From positions 1 to 64,000 of the forward strand of contig CAVYNY010000028.1 in the NCBI GenBank assembly GCA_963769935.1: a DNA stretch of 64,000 nt, given 5' to 3'. The stretch comes from an uncultured delta proteobacterium (lineage in GTDB: Bacteria; Desulfobacterota; Desulfobacteria; Desulfobacterales; JAFDCJ01). The notes below the pieces were generated by a model. The model made no database searches, was not told the origin of the DNA, and was given only the letters and a program-made list of their open reading frames with translations. The stretch's first letter is position 1; the number at the start of each line of letters is the position of its first letter. Shown piece after piece: positions 1 to 9,224 of the stretch. The position numbers and the translations under genes were made by a program.

Positions 1-117
1 CTGCGAAATTTTTTAGCAGTGCCTGAATGAAATACAATTTGGCTCTTCATTCGGCTTTAATCTTAAGTTACTGTATTTTCAGGTTGTAGCTAATTTTTTT
101 AGATTTTACCTTTTACC

Positions 118-133
118 TGGCACGTGCTTTGCT
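118..133 (+). promoter_or_regulatory. sigma-54 (-24/-12) promoter
   Basis: TGGCAC-GTGCT-TTGCT matches TGGCAC-N5-TTGCW, 36 nt before the ATG at 170; an imperfect palindrome CTGCGAAA-TTT-TTTAGCAG at 1-19 is a candidate activator site. Confidence 0.8.
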
Positions 134-169
134 AAAATAAATTATTATTAGGAAAAGGAGAAAAAAGCC

Positions 170-922
170 ATGTTGATCATATCCCGGCTGAGTAACCTAT
201 TTTTGAAAGAATCACCGGATGTTGACAAAGATCCGATACTTCCCGTTGCCGCCCAAATCAAAGCCTGGCGAAAATCCATCCGGCAGATGAGCTGGCCTAT
301 CGGTGAGGATGAATTGGATAACTTGGCAGCATGGCCGCCGCCGGCATTGACGGATGAGGAGCGGAATCAGGGATTAGTGGGAACGGCAATATTTTACGGG
401 TTCGGCGTGAACGGTTCGGATCGCTCCGATGCAGTGCTCTCCGGCAAACTGGCCTGGGAATACGCCTGCCGAAGCAGAAAAGGAAAAACCTGGCAGTGTG
501 AGTACATTGATTTCAACAAATCGGATGATATCCGTCTGCGCCCCGATGCGCCCCCCCGGCCGAAAGGATTTTACTTTGCAAAAATTCAGCTTGGCGCACG
601 GTTTCAGAGGATGACCGTAAACCAGCTGCGCAGGACCTTGGGCGATGGCACGGGACTCGGGCCGGAAGGTTTTCAGCTGCTGGGGATCACCCACCCCCAT
701 CTTGCCGACTGGATGAATGAAAGAAAGACGCCCTTTATGGCCCTGGCCGACTATGACGTGGCGCCGCACGGTTTCAACGACTTCTTCGATGCGCCGCAAC
801 TGTTTTGCAGCAACCGGGTCCTGGGCCTGGGCATCGGCAACGTGGACCGCAATTATCCGCTTTTTGCAATTCCAACTTTGCGGCTGGATAGCGGTGGTAT
901 CGTCCGCAAGAAAGATTTTTAA
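170..922 (+). CDS. hypothetical protein (250 aa)
   Basis: Long ORF with an AAGGAG RBS downstream of a sigma-54 promoter; no family recognised. Confidence 0.7.
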   Translation: MLIISRLSNLFLKESPDVDKDPILPVAAQIKAWRKSIRQMSWPIGEDELDNLAAWPPPALTDEERNQGLVGTAIFYGFGVNGSDRSDAVLSGKLAWEYACRSRKGKTWQCEYIDFNKSDDIRLRPDAPPRPKGFYFAKIQLGARFQRMTVNQLRRTLGDGTGLGPEGFQLLGITHPHLADWMNERKTPFMALADYDVAPHGFNDFFDAPQLFCSNRVLGLGIGNVDRNYPLFAIPTLRLDSGGIVRKKDF

Positions 923-973
923 AATTTTTTAGTTTGACATCCATTTTTTGTTTTTATACACTACCAAATCAGT

Positions 974-1414
974 ATGAATCTGAAGATACCCATATCCAAC
1001 GTCTTCTTGCGGAAAGCATTTTGCATCACTTTCGTGCTGCTTTTCAGCCTCAATTTCTTTGCCGGTGCTGCTCTGGCCAAAAGTTGTGATGGTGGTTTTG
1101 GCTGTTTGAGCTGCGAGGAAGCAGTCCATCATCGTCATCTGCCGGCAATGGATAAGGGCACGGCGCCGCCCGGCTGCCAGCCGTTGGAACAAGAAGACGC
1201 GTGCAGCTTTGAAATCGGGCCGGATACGGATAATTTTCATGGCATTATTCCGACTGTCAGAACCGACCAAAATGAGATCGGCGGCAGTTTGGGTGCGATA
1301 GCTGCTGATGAAAGCCCCGCCTCAAGCGCCGGAAAGTTTTTACCGCAAACCCTTTATTCCGATACCCAACCTACCACACCGATTTATTTAATCATCCAAT
1401 CTCTGCTCTGCTGA
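974..1414 (+). CDS. exported Cys/His-rich small protein, possibly metal-binding
   Basis: Signal peptide ending ALA, then C-x5-CxxC, HHRH, further Cys, and a C-terminal PIYLIIQSLLC. Confidence 0.6.
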   Translation: MNLKIPISNVFLRKAFCITFVLLFSLNFFAGAALAKSCDGGFGCLSCEEAVHHRHLPAMDKGTAPPGCQPLEQEDACSFEIGPDTDNFHGIIPTVRTDQNEIGGSLGAIAADESPASSAGKFLPQTLYSDTQPTTPIYLIIQSLLC

Positions 1415-1631
1415 AGCATTTCTAATAATCCTGTAATGATTTTCTCCCTTTTTTAAAGAGAACCGGATACTTGTTATCCACTATAATTGTTCGCCTGGAT
1501 AGTTTGTACCCAGCTATCTGACCTAAAGCGGGATAAATCAGTTGCACAGGATCGTCGACAACATCGTTTGACAAAAAATAAATCTTTATATTTCAGATTA
1601 TTAGGATGTAATTCCAAGTCGCGGCGGCAAA

Positions 1632-1647
1632 TGGCACGGAGATTGCT
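1632..1647 (+). promoter_or_regulatory. sigma-54 (-24/-12) promoter of the copper/heme cluster
   Basis: TGGCAC-GGAGA-TTGCT; AT-rich IHF-like stretch at ~1580-1603. Confidence 0.8.
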
Positions 1648-1765
1648 CTAATCGATGACACGAATCCGGCATCTGCAAATTTACAATAGCGTACATCAAG
1701 CAATCGTTAAGATAAATCTACTCGTTTCTAAAATGCATAGTGAAATCATTACCCAATAAGGAGGC

Positions 1766-2137
1766 ATGATCATGACCAAACTAAGCAAATCATTGGCAAT
1801 GGTAATTGCAGTTTTAACCCTGGCGGCGGCAGCTAATTTTGTTGCCCTGGACATCGCGCAGGCATGCGGCTGGGGGCAGGGGCAGGCCGGCGGCGGGGAC
1901 TACGTGCCCCAGAGGCGTGATCAAGGCGGATTCCTGGCGAGCAAAGGAGACGTTTCTGAATCCCAGGCCCGGGATATCGTCACCAATTATGTTAAAAAGC
2001 TAAATCCCAACCTTGAAATCGGTGAAGTTAAGGATAACGGCGGCTTCTATGAAGTCCAAATTGTTGACCAGGGCCAACAAGTTGTCCAGCTGCTGGGCGT
2101 GGATAAGCGCTCCGGCCGGCTGATTCTGTTGAATTGA
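1766..2137 (+). CDS. exported PepSY-like domain protein
   Basis: Signal peptide and a PepSY-like pattern (SESQARDIV...FYEVQIV...VDKRSG); strong AAGGAGG RBS. Confidence 0.7.
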   Translation: MIMTKLSKSLAMVIAVLTLAAAANFVALDIAQACGWGQGQAGGGDYVPQRRDQGGFLASKGDVSESQARDIVTNYVKKLNPNLEIGEVKDNGGFYEVQIVDQGQQVVQLLGVDKRSGRLILLN

Positions 2138-2156
2138 TGCGTCCGAGGAGTTACCC

Positions 2157-2630
2157 ATGCAAAAACCGAAATTAAAACCGGATCTCTTCTTTCTTGTTTT
2201 GATCATCTCTATTTTAGTGGGTTTGCCGCTTGGCATCTCTTTCTACGATCGACATACATTCGCGGCTGAAGTGCCGCCGCATGCCCGGCAGTTCATTCTG
2301 ACCGGGAATGCGGAAAGGGGCTGGTTGATCGGTGAGGTGCCGGCTTACAGCGCCATTTCCTTCTGGAAGCGGAAAGGACAGCCGATGGATAAACCCGTTA
2401 TCACGGTATCCAAGGGCGATCTGGTCGTCTTAAAACTTACCAGCAGCGATGTCGTGCACGGCTTCAGCCTGAAAGATTTCGGAATCTATTTAACGGAGGG
2501 CATCCTGCCGGGTAAGACAGTCTATGTAAAATTTACAGCGGACAAGGTCGGCACGTTTACCTTCTCGTGCAATGCAATTTGCGGTGACTCCCACCAGAAC
2601 ATGCAGGGCCTGTTGGTGGTCAAGGCCTGA
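2157..2630 (+). CDS. membrane-anchored cupredoxin with CuA motif (COX2-like periplasmic domain)
   Basis: One N-terminal TM helix; DVVHGF...CNAICGDSHQNM fits H...CxxxCxxxHxxM. Confidence 0.85.
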   Translation: MQKPKLKPDLFFLVLIISILVGLPLGISFYDRHTFAAEVPPHARQFILTGNAERGWLIGEVPAYSAISFWKRKGQPMDKPVITVSKGDLVVLKLTSSDVVHGFSLKDFGIYLTEGILPGKTVYVKFTADKVGTFTFSCNAICGDSHQNMQGLLVVKA

Positions 2631-2650
2631 AATTATTGTTGAGAAAGGTT

Positions 2651-4348
2651 ATGAATAAGATTGCAGAAAAGCGTTTAATACTAGGGATTATGGTCTGTGT
2701 GGTCTTTCTGGCCGCCGGCTATTTTGTGGCAACCGGCACCGCCGGGAGTGCGGCGGAAAACCGAAATGGAACGATGATTCAGGGGCGCGTGGCGTCCACC
2801 TATGGGCCGGTGGAGAATGCACGAGTAAGGATCGCCGGCGCAGAGACGTATACCCTGACCGACCGGGAAGGACGCTATACGATCATCTCCGCCTACCCGC
2901 CGGGCACCCAGCTGTTGGTGACGGCGGGCAAGGAGGGCTGGTTCAACAACGGCCAGGTCGCCGGCCGTTCCAACCGCATGCCGGATATTTTACTGAATCC
3001 GGTCTATCTGGATGACCGGCCCGATTACCGGTTTATTTCTCCGATAACATGTTCCCGCTGCCATGTGAAGCTGACCCGTTACTATGATCAATCCAAAATG
3101 GCCCACACCACCTCCAATCCGAAAGTGCTGGACATGTATTACGGAACCGATGCGCTGCTGCGCGGGGGCATCGGTCCCGGATATCGGCTGGATAATCCGC
3201 AAAGCGACGGCAACTGCACCGCCTGCCATGCCCCGTCGATAGCCGGTAGCGTTCCCTTGTCGCAAGATTTGAACAACGTGCTGCGCTCACCGCTGACCGA
3301 ATGGGACGGCATCAGCTGTGACTACTGCCACAAGGTTCGAAAAGTTGTTAAAGATAAATCAAAACCCAGCGGGCATGCGGCAGTTCTCGAAAGGCAATCA
3401 TCGGCCCGGGGAAACTCAATCCTCGAGTTCGGCCCCTACGATGACGTGGTGGTACCGCCGATGGCCGCATCCTATAATCCACTGTTTGACAAAGGCGAGT
3501 TTTGTTCGATCTGCCACAGTCATTCTAAAAAATTGGATAACAACAAAACCTGGGACCCCGGCAGCGTGTATTCCGATGCAGAATGGACCGGTTTTGGATT
3601 GGACGGCAACGCATATCTTCCCATTCAGACGACCTATCAGGAATGGGAGCAGTGGCAGAATCAACTCCCGGCCGATGATGCCGACAAAGGCAAGAAATGC
3701 CAGGACTGCCACATGAGCTGGCGCAAAGAAATGCTGCCCTACGATAACTATGTTGTCGACGGCCAGGCGCGCCAGATGTGGGGTACCTATCGATCACCGA
3801 CGAACATTCACCCCCATCAATTTGACGGCGGCACCGAAACCCAGCTAAAAACGGCCTTGTCCCTGGAGCTGGAAGGGAAAACCGCGGATAAGACTCTCAC
3901 CATCAATGTCTACATTACCAATACCAACGGCGGGCACTGGGTGCCCACCGGCGAGACCATGCGCAGCGTGATGCTGCTGCTCAAGGTCACCGATTCCAAC
4001 GGCAAGCCGCTGGAATTGAAAAAAGGCGGCCGGCTGCCCGACTGGGCCGGGATCGGCGAGGTTGAAAAAGGAAACTATGCCGGTCTGCCGGGCGCCGCTT
4101 TTGCCAGGGTGCTCGGCGATGATAAAGGGAATCTTCAGGTTCCCTTCTGGCAGGCCACGCAGGTTGTTTCCGATACCCGCATCCGGCCCAAGACGACGGT
4201 AACTCTCAAATTCGAGTATACCCTGCAAAATCCTGAAGATGAGCCGACGGCTGAAGCCCGTCTTATCTATCGGCCGGTGATCAGGCCCTGGGCGAAGATG
4301 AAAAACTGGCTTGCCGAAGATATATTAATTACCAGCCGTGTCTGGTAG
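2651..4348 (+). CDS. pentaheme cytochrome c with N-terminal carboxypeptidase-regulatory-like domain
   Basis: Signal/anchor; five CxxCH (CSRCH, CTACH, CDYCH, CSICH, CQDCH); GHWVPTG motif; start moved from TTG 2636 to ATG 2651 after GAGAAAGG. Confidence 0.9.
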   Translation: MNKIAEKRLILGIMVCVVFLAAGYFVATGTAGSAAENRNGTMIQGRVASTYGPVENARVRIAGAETYTLTDREGRYTIISAYPPGTQLLVTAGKEGWFNNGQVAGRSNRMPDILLNPVYLDDRPDYRFISPITCSRCHVKLTRYYDQSKMAHTTSNPKVLDMYYGTDALLRGGIGPGYRLDNPQSDGNCTACHAPSIAGSVPLSQDLNNVLRSPLTEWDGISCDYCHKVRKVVKDKSKPSGHAAVLERQSSARGNSILEFGPYDDVVVPPMAASYNPLFDKGEFCSICHSHSKKLDNNKTWDPGSVYSDAEWTGFGLDGNAYLPIQTTYQEWEQWQNQLPADDADKGKKCQDCHMSWRKEMLPYDNYVVDGQARQMWGTYRSPTNIHPHQFDGGTETQLKTALSLELEGKTADKTLTINVYITNTNGGHWVPTGETMRSVMLLLKVTDSNGKPLELKKGGRLPDWAGIGEVEKGNYAGLPGAAFARVLGDDKGNLQVPFWQATQVVSDTRIRPKTTVTLKFEYTLQNPEDEPTAEARLIYRPVIRPWAKMKNWLAEDILITSRVW

Positions 4349-4366
4349 TATACGGAGGAAATTGAA

Positions 4367-5041
4367 TTGCGAACGTCAGCGACCGTTATTTTTTCACTTG
4401 TAGTATTTGTCCTGCTTGGTTTCATCACCTTGCCGCTAAATGCTTTTGCCGGCAAGATTAAAGGTACCGTTGAAGTGCAGGGTTTGCGCACCCCGGAAAA
4501 TGTTGTGGTGTATCTAACCAAAATGCCCCCGAAAGATGTCGATCTTTCCAAAGCCAGATTTGCCATGGATCAGCGCAATTTGGAATTTGTGCCGCACGTG
4601 CTGGTGGTTCCGGTAGGGGCATCGATCGTATTTCCCAACGACGACCAGGTGGCACATAATGTCTTCTCCATGTCCCGCGCCAAATCTTTTAACCTGGGAA
4701 GTTATAATCCGGGCGAGAGCCGAACGGTGGTCTTCGATAAGACGGGTATCGTCGAACTGCGGTGTGATGTTCATGCTGAAATGGCCGCCTATATTCTGGT
4801 AATGGAAAACCCCTATTTTGCGGTAACAGACAAAAACGGCCATTTTCAGATTCCGGATGAAAGTTATCTCAAACAGGCAGGACTGGAAGGTCCGGCAGAT
4901 CTTGCCCCTGGAAATTATACTGTTAAAACCTGGCACGAAAAACTTAAAACCGAGAAGATTTCCGTCGTTGTTCCTGAAAGTGGGGATGTGACCGTTGAAC
5001 TCAAACTCAAAAGAGGCACACCGGGAGCTTTGTATAAATGA
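4367..5041 (+). CDS. exported cupredoxin-domain protein (type-1 copper motif)
   Basis: Signal peptide ending AFA; HNVF...CDVHAEM; C-terminal beta-sandwich (PGNYTVKTWHE). Confidence 0.8.
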   Translation: MRTSATVIFSLVVFVLLGFITLPLNAFAGKIKGTVEVQGLRTPENVVVYLTKMPPKDVDLSKARFAMDQRNLEFVPHVLVVPVGASIVFPNDDQVAHNVFSMSRAKSFNLGSYNPGESRTVVFDKTGIVELRCDVHAEMAAYILVMENPYFAVTDKNGHFQIPDESYLKQAGLEGPADLAPGNYTVKTWHEKLKTEKISVVVPESGDVTVELKLKRGTPGALYK

Positions 5042-5050
5042 GCAGGAAAG

Positions 5051-5130
5051 AGGTTCAAGGTTCAGAGTTCAAAGGTTCAGGGTTGATTGAAAATTTCAAC
5101 CCTGGAAACCGAGAACGGTGAACCTTGAAC
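5051..5130. repeat. inverted arms of degenerate heptamer repeats (RGGTTCA / TGAACC)
   Basis: aggttcaaggttcagagttcaaaggttcagggtt followed by aaccctggaaaccgagaacggtgaaccttgaac. Confidence 0.7.
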
Positions 5131-5189
5131 ATGGGTTTGCATAAACTATCCGATCAAAATGAAATTAAACCAGCTAAAATTTATTTGCT

Positions 5190-5927
5190 ATGCCTGATAT
5201 CTCTTTATACATGACGTTTGCGGCGGGATTGATTTCTTTTCTCTCCCCCTGCGTACTGCCGCTGGTGCCCGGCTACCTATCCTTTATTTCCGGCGTCTCG
5301 TTGGCCGAAATCAGAGAAAAAGAGGAGAGCCGGACTTTACTGAATAAAGACAAAGGCGCCATCCTGCTGAATTCGGCCTGTTTTGTCCTGGGATTTTCGA
5401 TCGTATTCATTGTATTGGGTGCTTCCGCCACGTGGCTCGGCGCTTTGCTTTCTTCCAGGATATCACTGCTTTCGAAAATAGCCGGCCTGGCGATTATATT
5501 TTTCGGAATTTACAAAATGGGGCTGATCCGCACGCGCTTTTTTTACAAAGAAGCGCGGTTTGATGTCAAAAACAGGAAATTCGGATATGCCGGGGCCCTG
5601 GTCATCGGCGCGGCGTTCGCCTTCGGCTGGACGCCCTGCATCGGCCCCATCCTGGCGGGGGTTCTGACTTACGCCGGTACCCTGGAAAAAGTAAACCAGG
5701 GAATTTTACTTCTTCTGGTTTATTCCCTGGGGCTGGGGCTGCCGTTTTTGCTGACGGCTGTAGCCATCAACCATTTCCTGCGATTTTTCGGCCGGATGAA
5801 AAAGTACTTGCGCTTGCTCGAAGTGACCAGCGGTGCCGTCATGGTCATCCTGGGTTTGCTTATTTTTACCAACAAACTAATTCTAATACCCGGTTATTTT
5901 ACTTTTTTAAATAAATTTGCCTTGTGA
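5190..5927 (+). CDS. ccdA: cytochrome c biogenesis protein CcdA
   Basis: SFLSPCVLPLVP and FGWTPCIGPIL motifs; about six TM helices. Confidence 0.92.
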   Translation: MPDISLYMTFAAGLISFLSPCVLPLVPGYLSFISGVSLAEIREKEESRTLLNKDKGAILLNSACFVLGFSIVFIVLGASATWLGALLSSRISLLSKIAGLAIIFFGIYKMGLIRTRFFYKEARFDVKNRKFGYAGALVIGAAFAFGWTPCIGPILAGVLTYAGTLEKVNQGILLLLVYSLGLGLPFLLTAVAINHFLRFFGRMKKYLRLLEVTSGAVMVILGLLIFTNKLILIPGYFTFLNKFAL

Positions 5928-5961
5928 GCTATAATTTATATAGGACAAAAACCGCGCACCA

Positions 5962-6576
5962 ATGAAAAAACTTTTTACTATCCGAGCCGCATTATTTTCG
6001 GTGGTGTTTATTCTCCTTGGATTGGCGGTCATGCCTGTGTTTGATGCCGCTTTCGCGGCAGGTTCCGCTAGTCCGGAGTCGGCGCAATTATTTCGCGATA
6101 TGCTCATTATCCAAGTTCCTCAGGCCGGCGACCCGGTTGAGATCAGGCTTAATGATGCAGACGGCAGAGCGGTCAGCCTTTCCGATCTCAGAGGCAAAAT
6201 TGTCTTCCTCAACTTCTGGACCACCTGGTGCCCCACCTGTCGCATCGAAATGCCTTCCATGGAAAAATTGCATCAGAAGTTTAAGGACGGCGATTTTGCC
6301 ATGGTAACGATCAACCTGCAGGAGTCCGCTGCCCGGGTAAAAGAATTTTTCAAAGAATTTAAGCTGACGTTCACTGCGTTGCTGGATACCGGCGGACAGG
6401 CGGGGATCATGTTCGGCATCAACCAGATTCCCACCACGTATATACTGGATAAAAAAGGGCGCATCATCGGCAAGGCGCTGGGGCCCCGGGAGTGGGACAG
6501 CCAAAAATCTACGGCCCTGTTTGAGCACTTGACGAACCGGCAGGCAACAACTTCAACCGCCGACCCGCCGGATTGA
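5962..6576 (+). CDS. TlpA/ResA-family thiol-disulfide oxidoreductase
   Basis: N-terminal anchor; LNFWTTWCPTCRIEMP; IPTTYILD. Confidence 0.92.
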   Translation: MKKLFTIRAALFSVVFILLGLAVMPVFDAAFAAGSASPESAQLFRDMLIIQVPQAGDPVEIRLNDADGRAVSLSDLRGKIVFLNFWTTWCPTCRIEMPSMEKLHQKFKDGDFAMVTINLQESAARVKEFFKEFKLTFTALLDTGGQAGIMFGINQIPTTYILDKKGRIIGKALGPREWDSQKSTALFEHLTNRQATTSTADPPD

Positions 6577-6606
6577 CTGCGACCTCCTGAACTCAACTGA
6601 CGAATC

Positions 6607-8538
6607 GTGAATATGAAGAAAAGAAAATTCTGGTTTCTAATCGGCCTGGCTTTTTTGCCGGCGGTACTTATCCCCCTGGCAGTTCAACTCTTGCCGGCCG
6701 AAACAAAGACGCATACAATTTTACTGGAGGCCAAAAAATATGGCTATTCCCCGTCAAGGATCATTGTCAACCAGGGGGATACCATCCTTTTAAAGCCCGC
6801 TTCCCTTGACGTCACCCACGGATTTCTCCTGGACGGATATCCGGTGGAGTTTATTATGCGCAAAGGGGCGACCTTGCTCAAATATACCTGGAAAGACGAT
6901 GACGGCCATCTTAAAAGTGACTGGGACCGGGTTTCTGAAGTTGAATTCACCGCCGATAAGGCCGGCAAATTCACCTTCCGGTGTACGCAAACCTGCGGCA
7001 ACCTGCATCCCTTTATGACCGGGGAATTGATCGTAAAACCCAATACTCCCTACTACCTGTTCATTTCCCTGTCCATCTGGCTGGTGTTCAGCCTGCTGCT
7101 TTACGCGCGCTCGGATTCCGGCGACTGCTTCTCAGGCTTCAAGCGCGTCAACCTGCTGGAAAAAATCCCGGGTCTCAAAAGAATCCTCAAGCTGCGCAGT
7201 TTCCAGTTTCTGGTGATTCTGCCGAATTTCATCGTATTTTATCTGTTCATTCTCAGCAGTCTGTGGGGCAGTCCGGTGGGCAATCGCAACATCGCGATTA
7301 TCTTTGTCTGGATTTTGTGGTGGTTTGTTTTAAAAGCCATCATCGTGCCGTTGGGCGGCCGCTTATGGTGCATGGTCTGCCCGCTGCCGGCGCCGGCCGA
7401 ATGGCTCAGCCGCCGCAGCTTTACAGCCGTCCGCTACCTTCAGAAACCGTTTAAAAAATTGCACCATCGGTTTACGGGCCTGCAAAAGGACTGGCCGAAA
7501 CTGATGGACAATATCTGGCTGCAGAATTTCCTTTTCCTGACGCTGATTTCCTTCGGCATGATCCTGATCACCCGCCCGATTGCCACGGCATTGATGTTTC
7601 TGACAATCCTTTTCATTAGCCTGGTCCTGGCCCTGATTTACCGGCGCCGGGTCTTTTGCCAGTACCTGTGTCCGGTCGGCGGGTTTCTGGGCAGCTATTC
7701 CATGGCCTCGATGACGGAGATGCGCGCCGTCGATCGCAATATCTGCCGCCAACACAAGGAGAAGTCGTGCTTCAGCGGCGGGCCGAACGGCTGGGCCTGT
7801 CCCTGGAAGCAGTATATCGGCACGATGAACCGCAACAACTCCTGCGGCTTGTGTACCGAGTGCCTCAAGAGCTGCCCCAAGGATAATATCGGATTATTCC
7901 TGCGCCCTTTTGGATCGGACAGGACGCCCAGGGGTTATGATGAGATGTTCAATTTTATGATCATGCTCGTGGTCGCCATTGCGTTCAGTATTACCATGGG
8001 CGGACCATGGGGCATCATCAAGGATGCGGCCAACGTCACCGAAAGCAGGGCCATCGGTCCGTTCCTCATTTATATTGCATCCATCTGGGGCTCGGCACTG
8101 CTGCTGTTTCCGGGGCTGTTTGCGCTGGCGACGCTGGCCTCCAAGCGCCTGGCCGGCATTCAGCTGCCTCACCGCAGCCTGATGCTGCGCTTGTCCTATA
8201 TGCTGGTTCCGATCGGCATTTTTGCCTGGATCGCTTTCAGCCTGCCCATGCTCATGGTGAATTACAGCTACATCCTGGTGGTTTTGTCCGATCCCCTGGG
8301 CTTGGGCTGGAACCTGCTGGGCACGGCGAATTATTCATTCAGGCCATTTCTGCCGGAATGGATACCCGTGATCCAGGGGGTTATATTGCTGGCCGGCGTG
8401 TATTTCAGCTTCAGCCGCGGGTATCTGGCGATCAAAGATATACTTCCGGATTCGGGTGCGCGTTTAAAAGCTATGCTGGCCCCTGCCATTTTTCTTTTGG
8501 CGGTGGTCAATATTTTTTTAAGACTCTATATGGGATAA
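6607..8538 (+). CDS. fusion of a CuA cupredoxin domain and a NapH/NosH-like 4Fe-4S polytopic membrane protein
   Basis: DVTHGF...CTQTCGNLHPFM (CuA); WCMVCP, FCQYLCP, CGLCTECLKSCP; many TM helices. Confidence 0.85.
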   Translation: MNMKKRKFWFLIGLAFLPAVLIPLAVQLLPAETKTHTILLEAKKYGYSPSRIIVNQGDTILLKPASLDVTHGFLLDGYPVEFIMRKGATLLKYTWKDDDGHLKSDWDRVSEVEFTADKAGKFTFRCTQTCGNLHPFMTGELIVKPNTPYYLFISLSIWLVFSLLLYARSDSGDCFSGFKRVNLLEKIPGLKRILKLRSFQFLVILPNFIVFYLFILSSLWGSPVGNRNIAIIFVWILWWFVLKAIIVPLGGRLWCMVCPLPAPAEWLSRRSFTAVRYLQKPFKKLHHRFTGLQKDWPKLMDNIWLQNFLFLTLISFGMILITRPIATALMFLTILFISLVLALIYRRRVFCQYLCPVGGFLGSYSMASMTEMRAVDRNICRQHKEKSCFSGGPNGWACPWKQYIGTMNRNNSCGLCTECLKSCPKDNIGLFLRPFGSDRTPRGYDEMFNFMIMLVVAIAFSITMGGPWGIIKDAANVTESRAIGPFLIYIASIWGSALLLFPGLFALATLASKRLAGIQLPHRSLMLRLSYMLVPIGIFAWIAFSLPMLMVNYSYILVVLSDPLGLGWNLLGTANYSFRPFLPEWIPVIQGVILLAGVYFSFSRGYLAIKDILPDSGARLKAMLAPAIFLLAVVNIFLRLYMG

Positions 8539-8705
8539 GGATGGGCACAATATTTTGAACGACGAAATATTTAAAAAAAAATCACTGCCGCATTCAGGGC
8601 GAACGGGAATGGCCTCCGAAATCTTTCTCCAGCAGGTCGGTGACCCGGCAGCAGGCAAAACGCGCAGACCAAGACCAAAACAATCCGCAGCTTCATGGGG
8701 TTTCC

Positions 8706-9104
8706 TCATGCCGTAAAATGCAGGAACACGTTGGTATCCTGACCATCGAGTTCCGGTCTGTTTTCCATCCAATTTAAAATCTTGCAGCCGTCGGCCTCAC
8801 CGGAAGGCGCCGAGCAGCTTATATAAGGCATTATTGGGTCGCCGGCAATTGATTTGTAATATAGCATGCGGGCACGATCCTTGGGAAATTCACCCAGCTC
8901 CAGTAAATGAACCAAGTAAATGAAACAATCCCCTTCGAATAAGTCACTGTTTTGCCTGAACCCCATAATTCGCTCTTTAAATTTATCAAGAGCGCTTTTT
9001 TCGTCTTCGGCTTCAATGACCAAATTGAATTCGCCATGTCGACGCTCCGCCTCTGTGGTTTTCTGCTGGTTGGTAGCATGCAGGAATTTACCGATATAAA
9101 TCAT
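8706..9104 (-). CDS. hypothetical protein
   Basis: 132-aa ORF with an AAGGA RBS; no family recognised. Confidence 0.7.
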   Translation of the reverse strand: MIYIGKFLHATNQQKTTEAERRHGEFNLVIEAEDEKSALDKFKERIMGFRQNSDLFEGDCFIYLVHLLELGEFPKDRARMLYYKSIAGDPIMPYISCSAPSGEADGCKILNWMENRPELDGQDTNVFLHFTA

Positions 9105-9224
9105 GACTTATCCTTTCTCCTTTAACCTATCACTTTATGTCCGACACTTTGCACCTTTTTCCTTTGCCCCTCGCTGTAGACCATAAACTCTATACCCTCT
9201 ACCTTCGCCCCATATCTCTCGCCT

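Noticed and set aside
2157..2630. Calling this coxB or nosZ
   Set aside because: Only an isolated CuA domain with one TM; no subunit I or beta-propeller in the window
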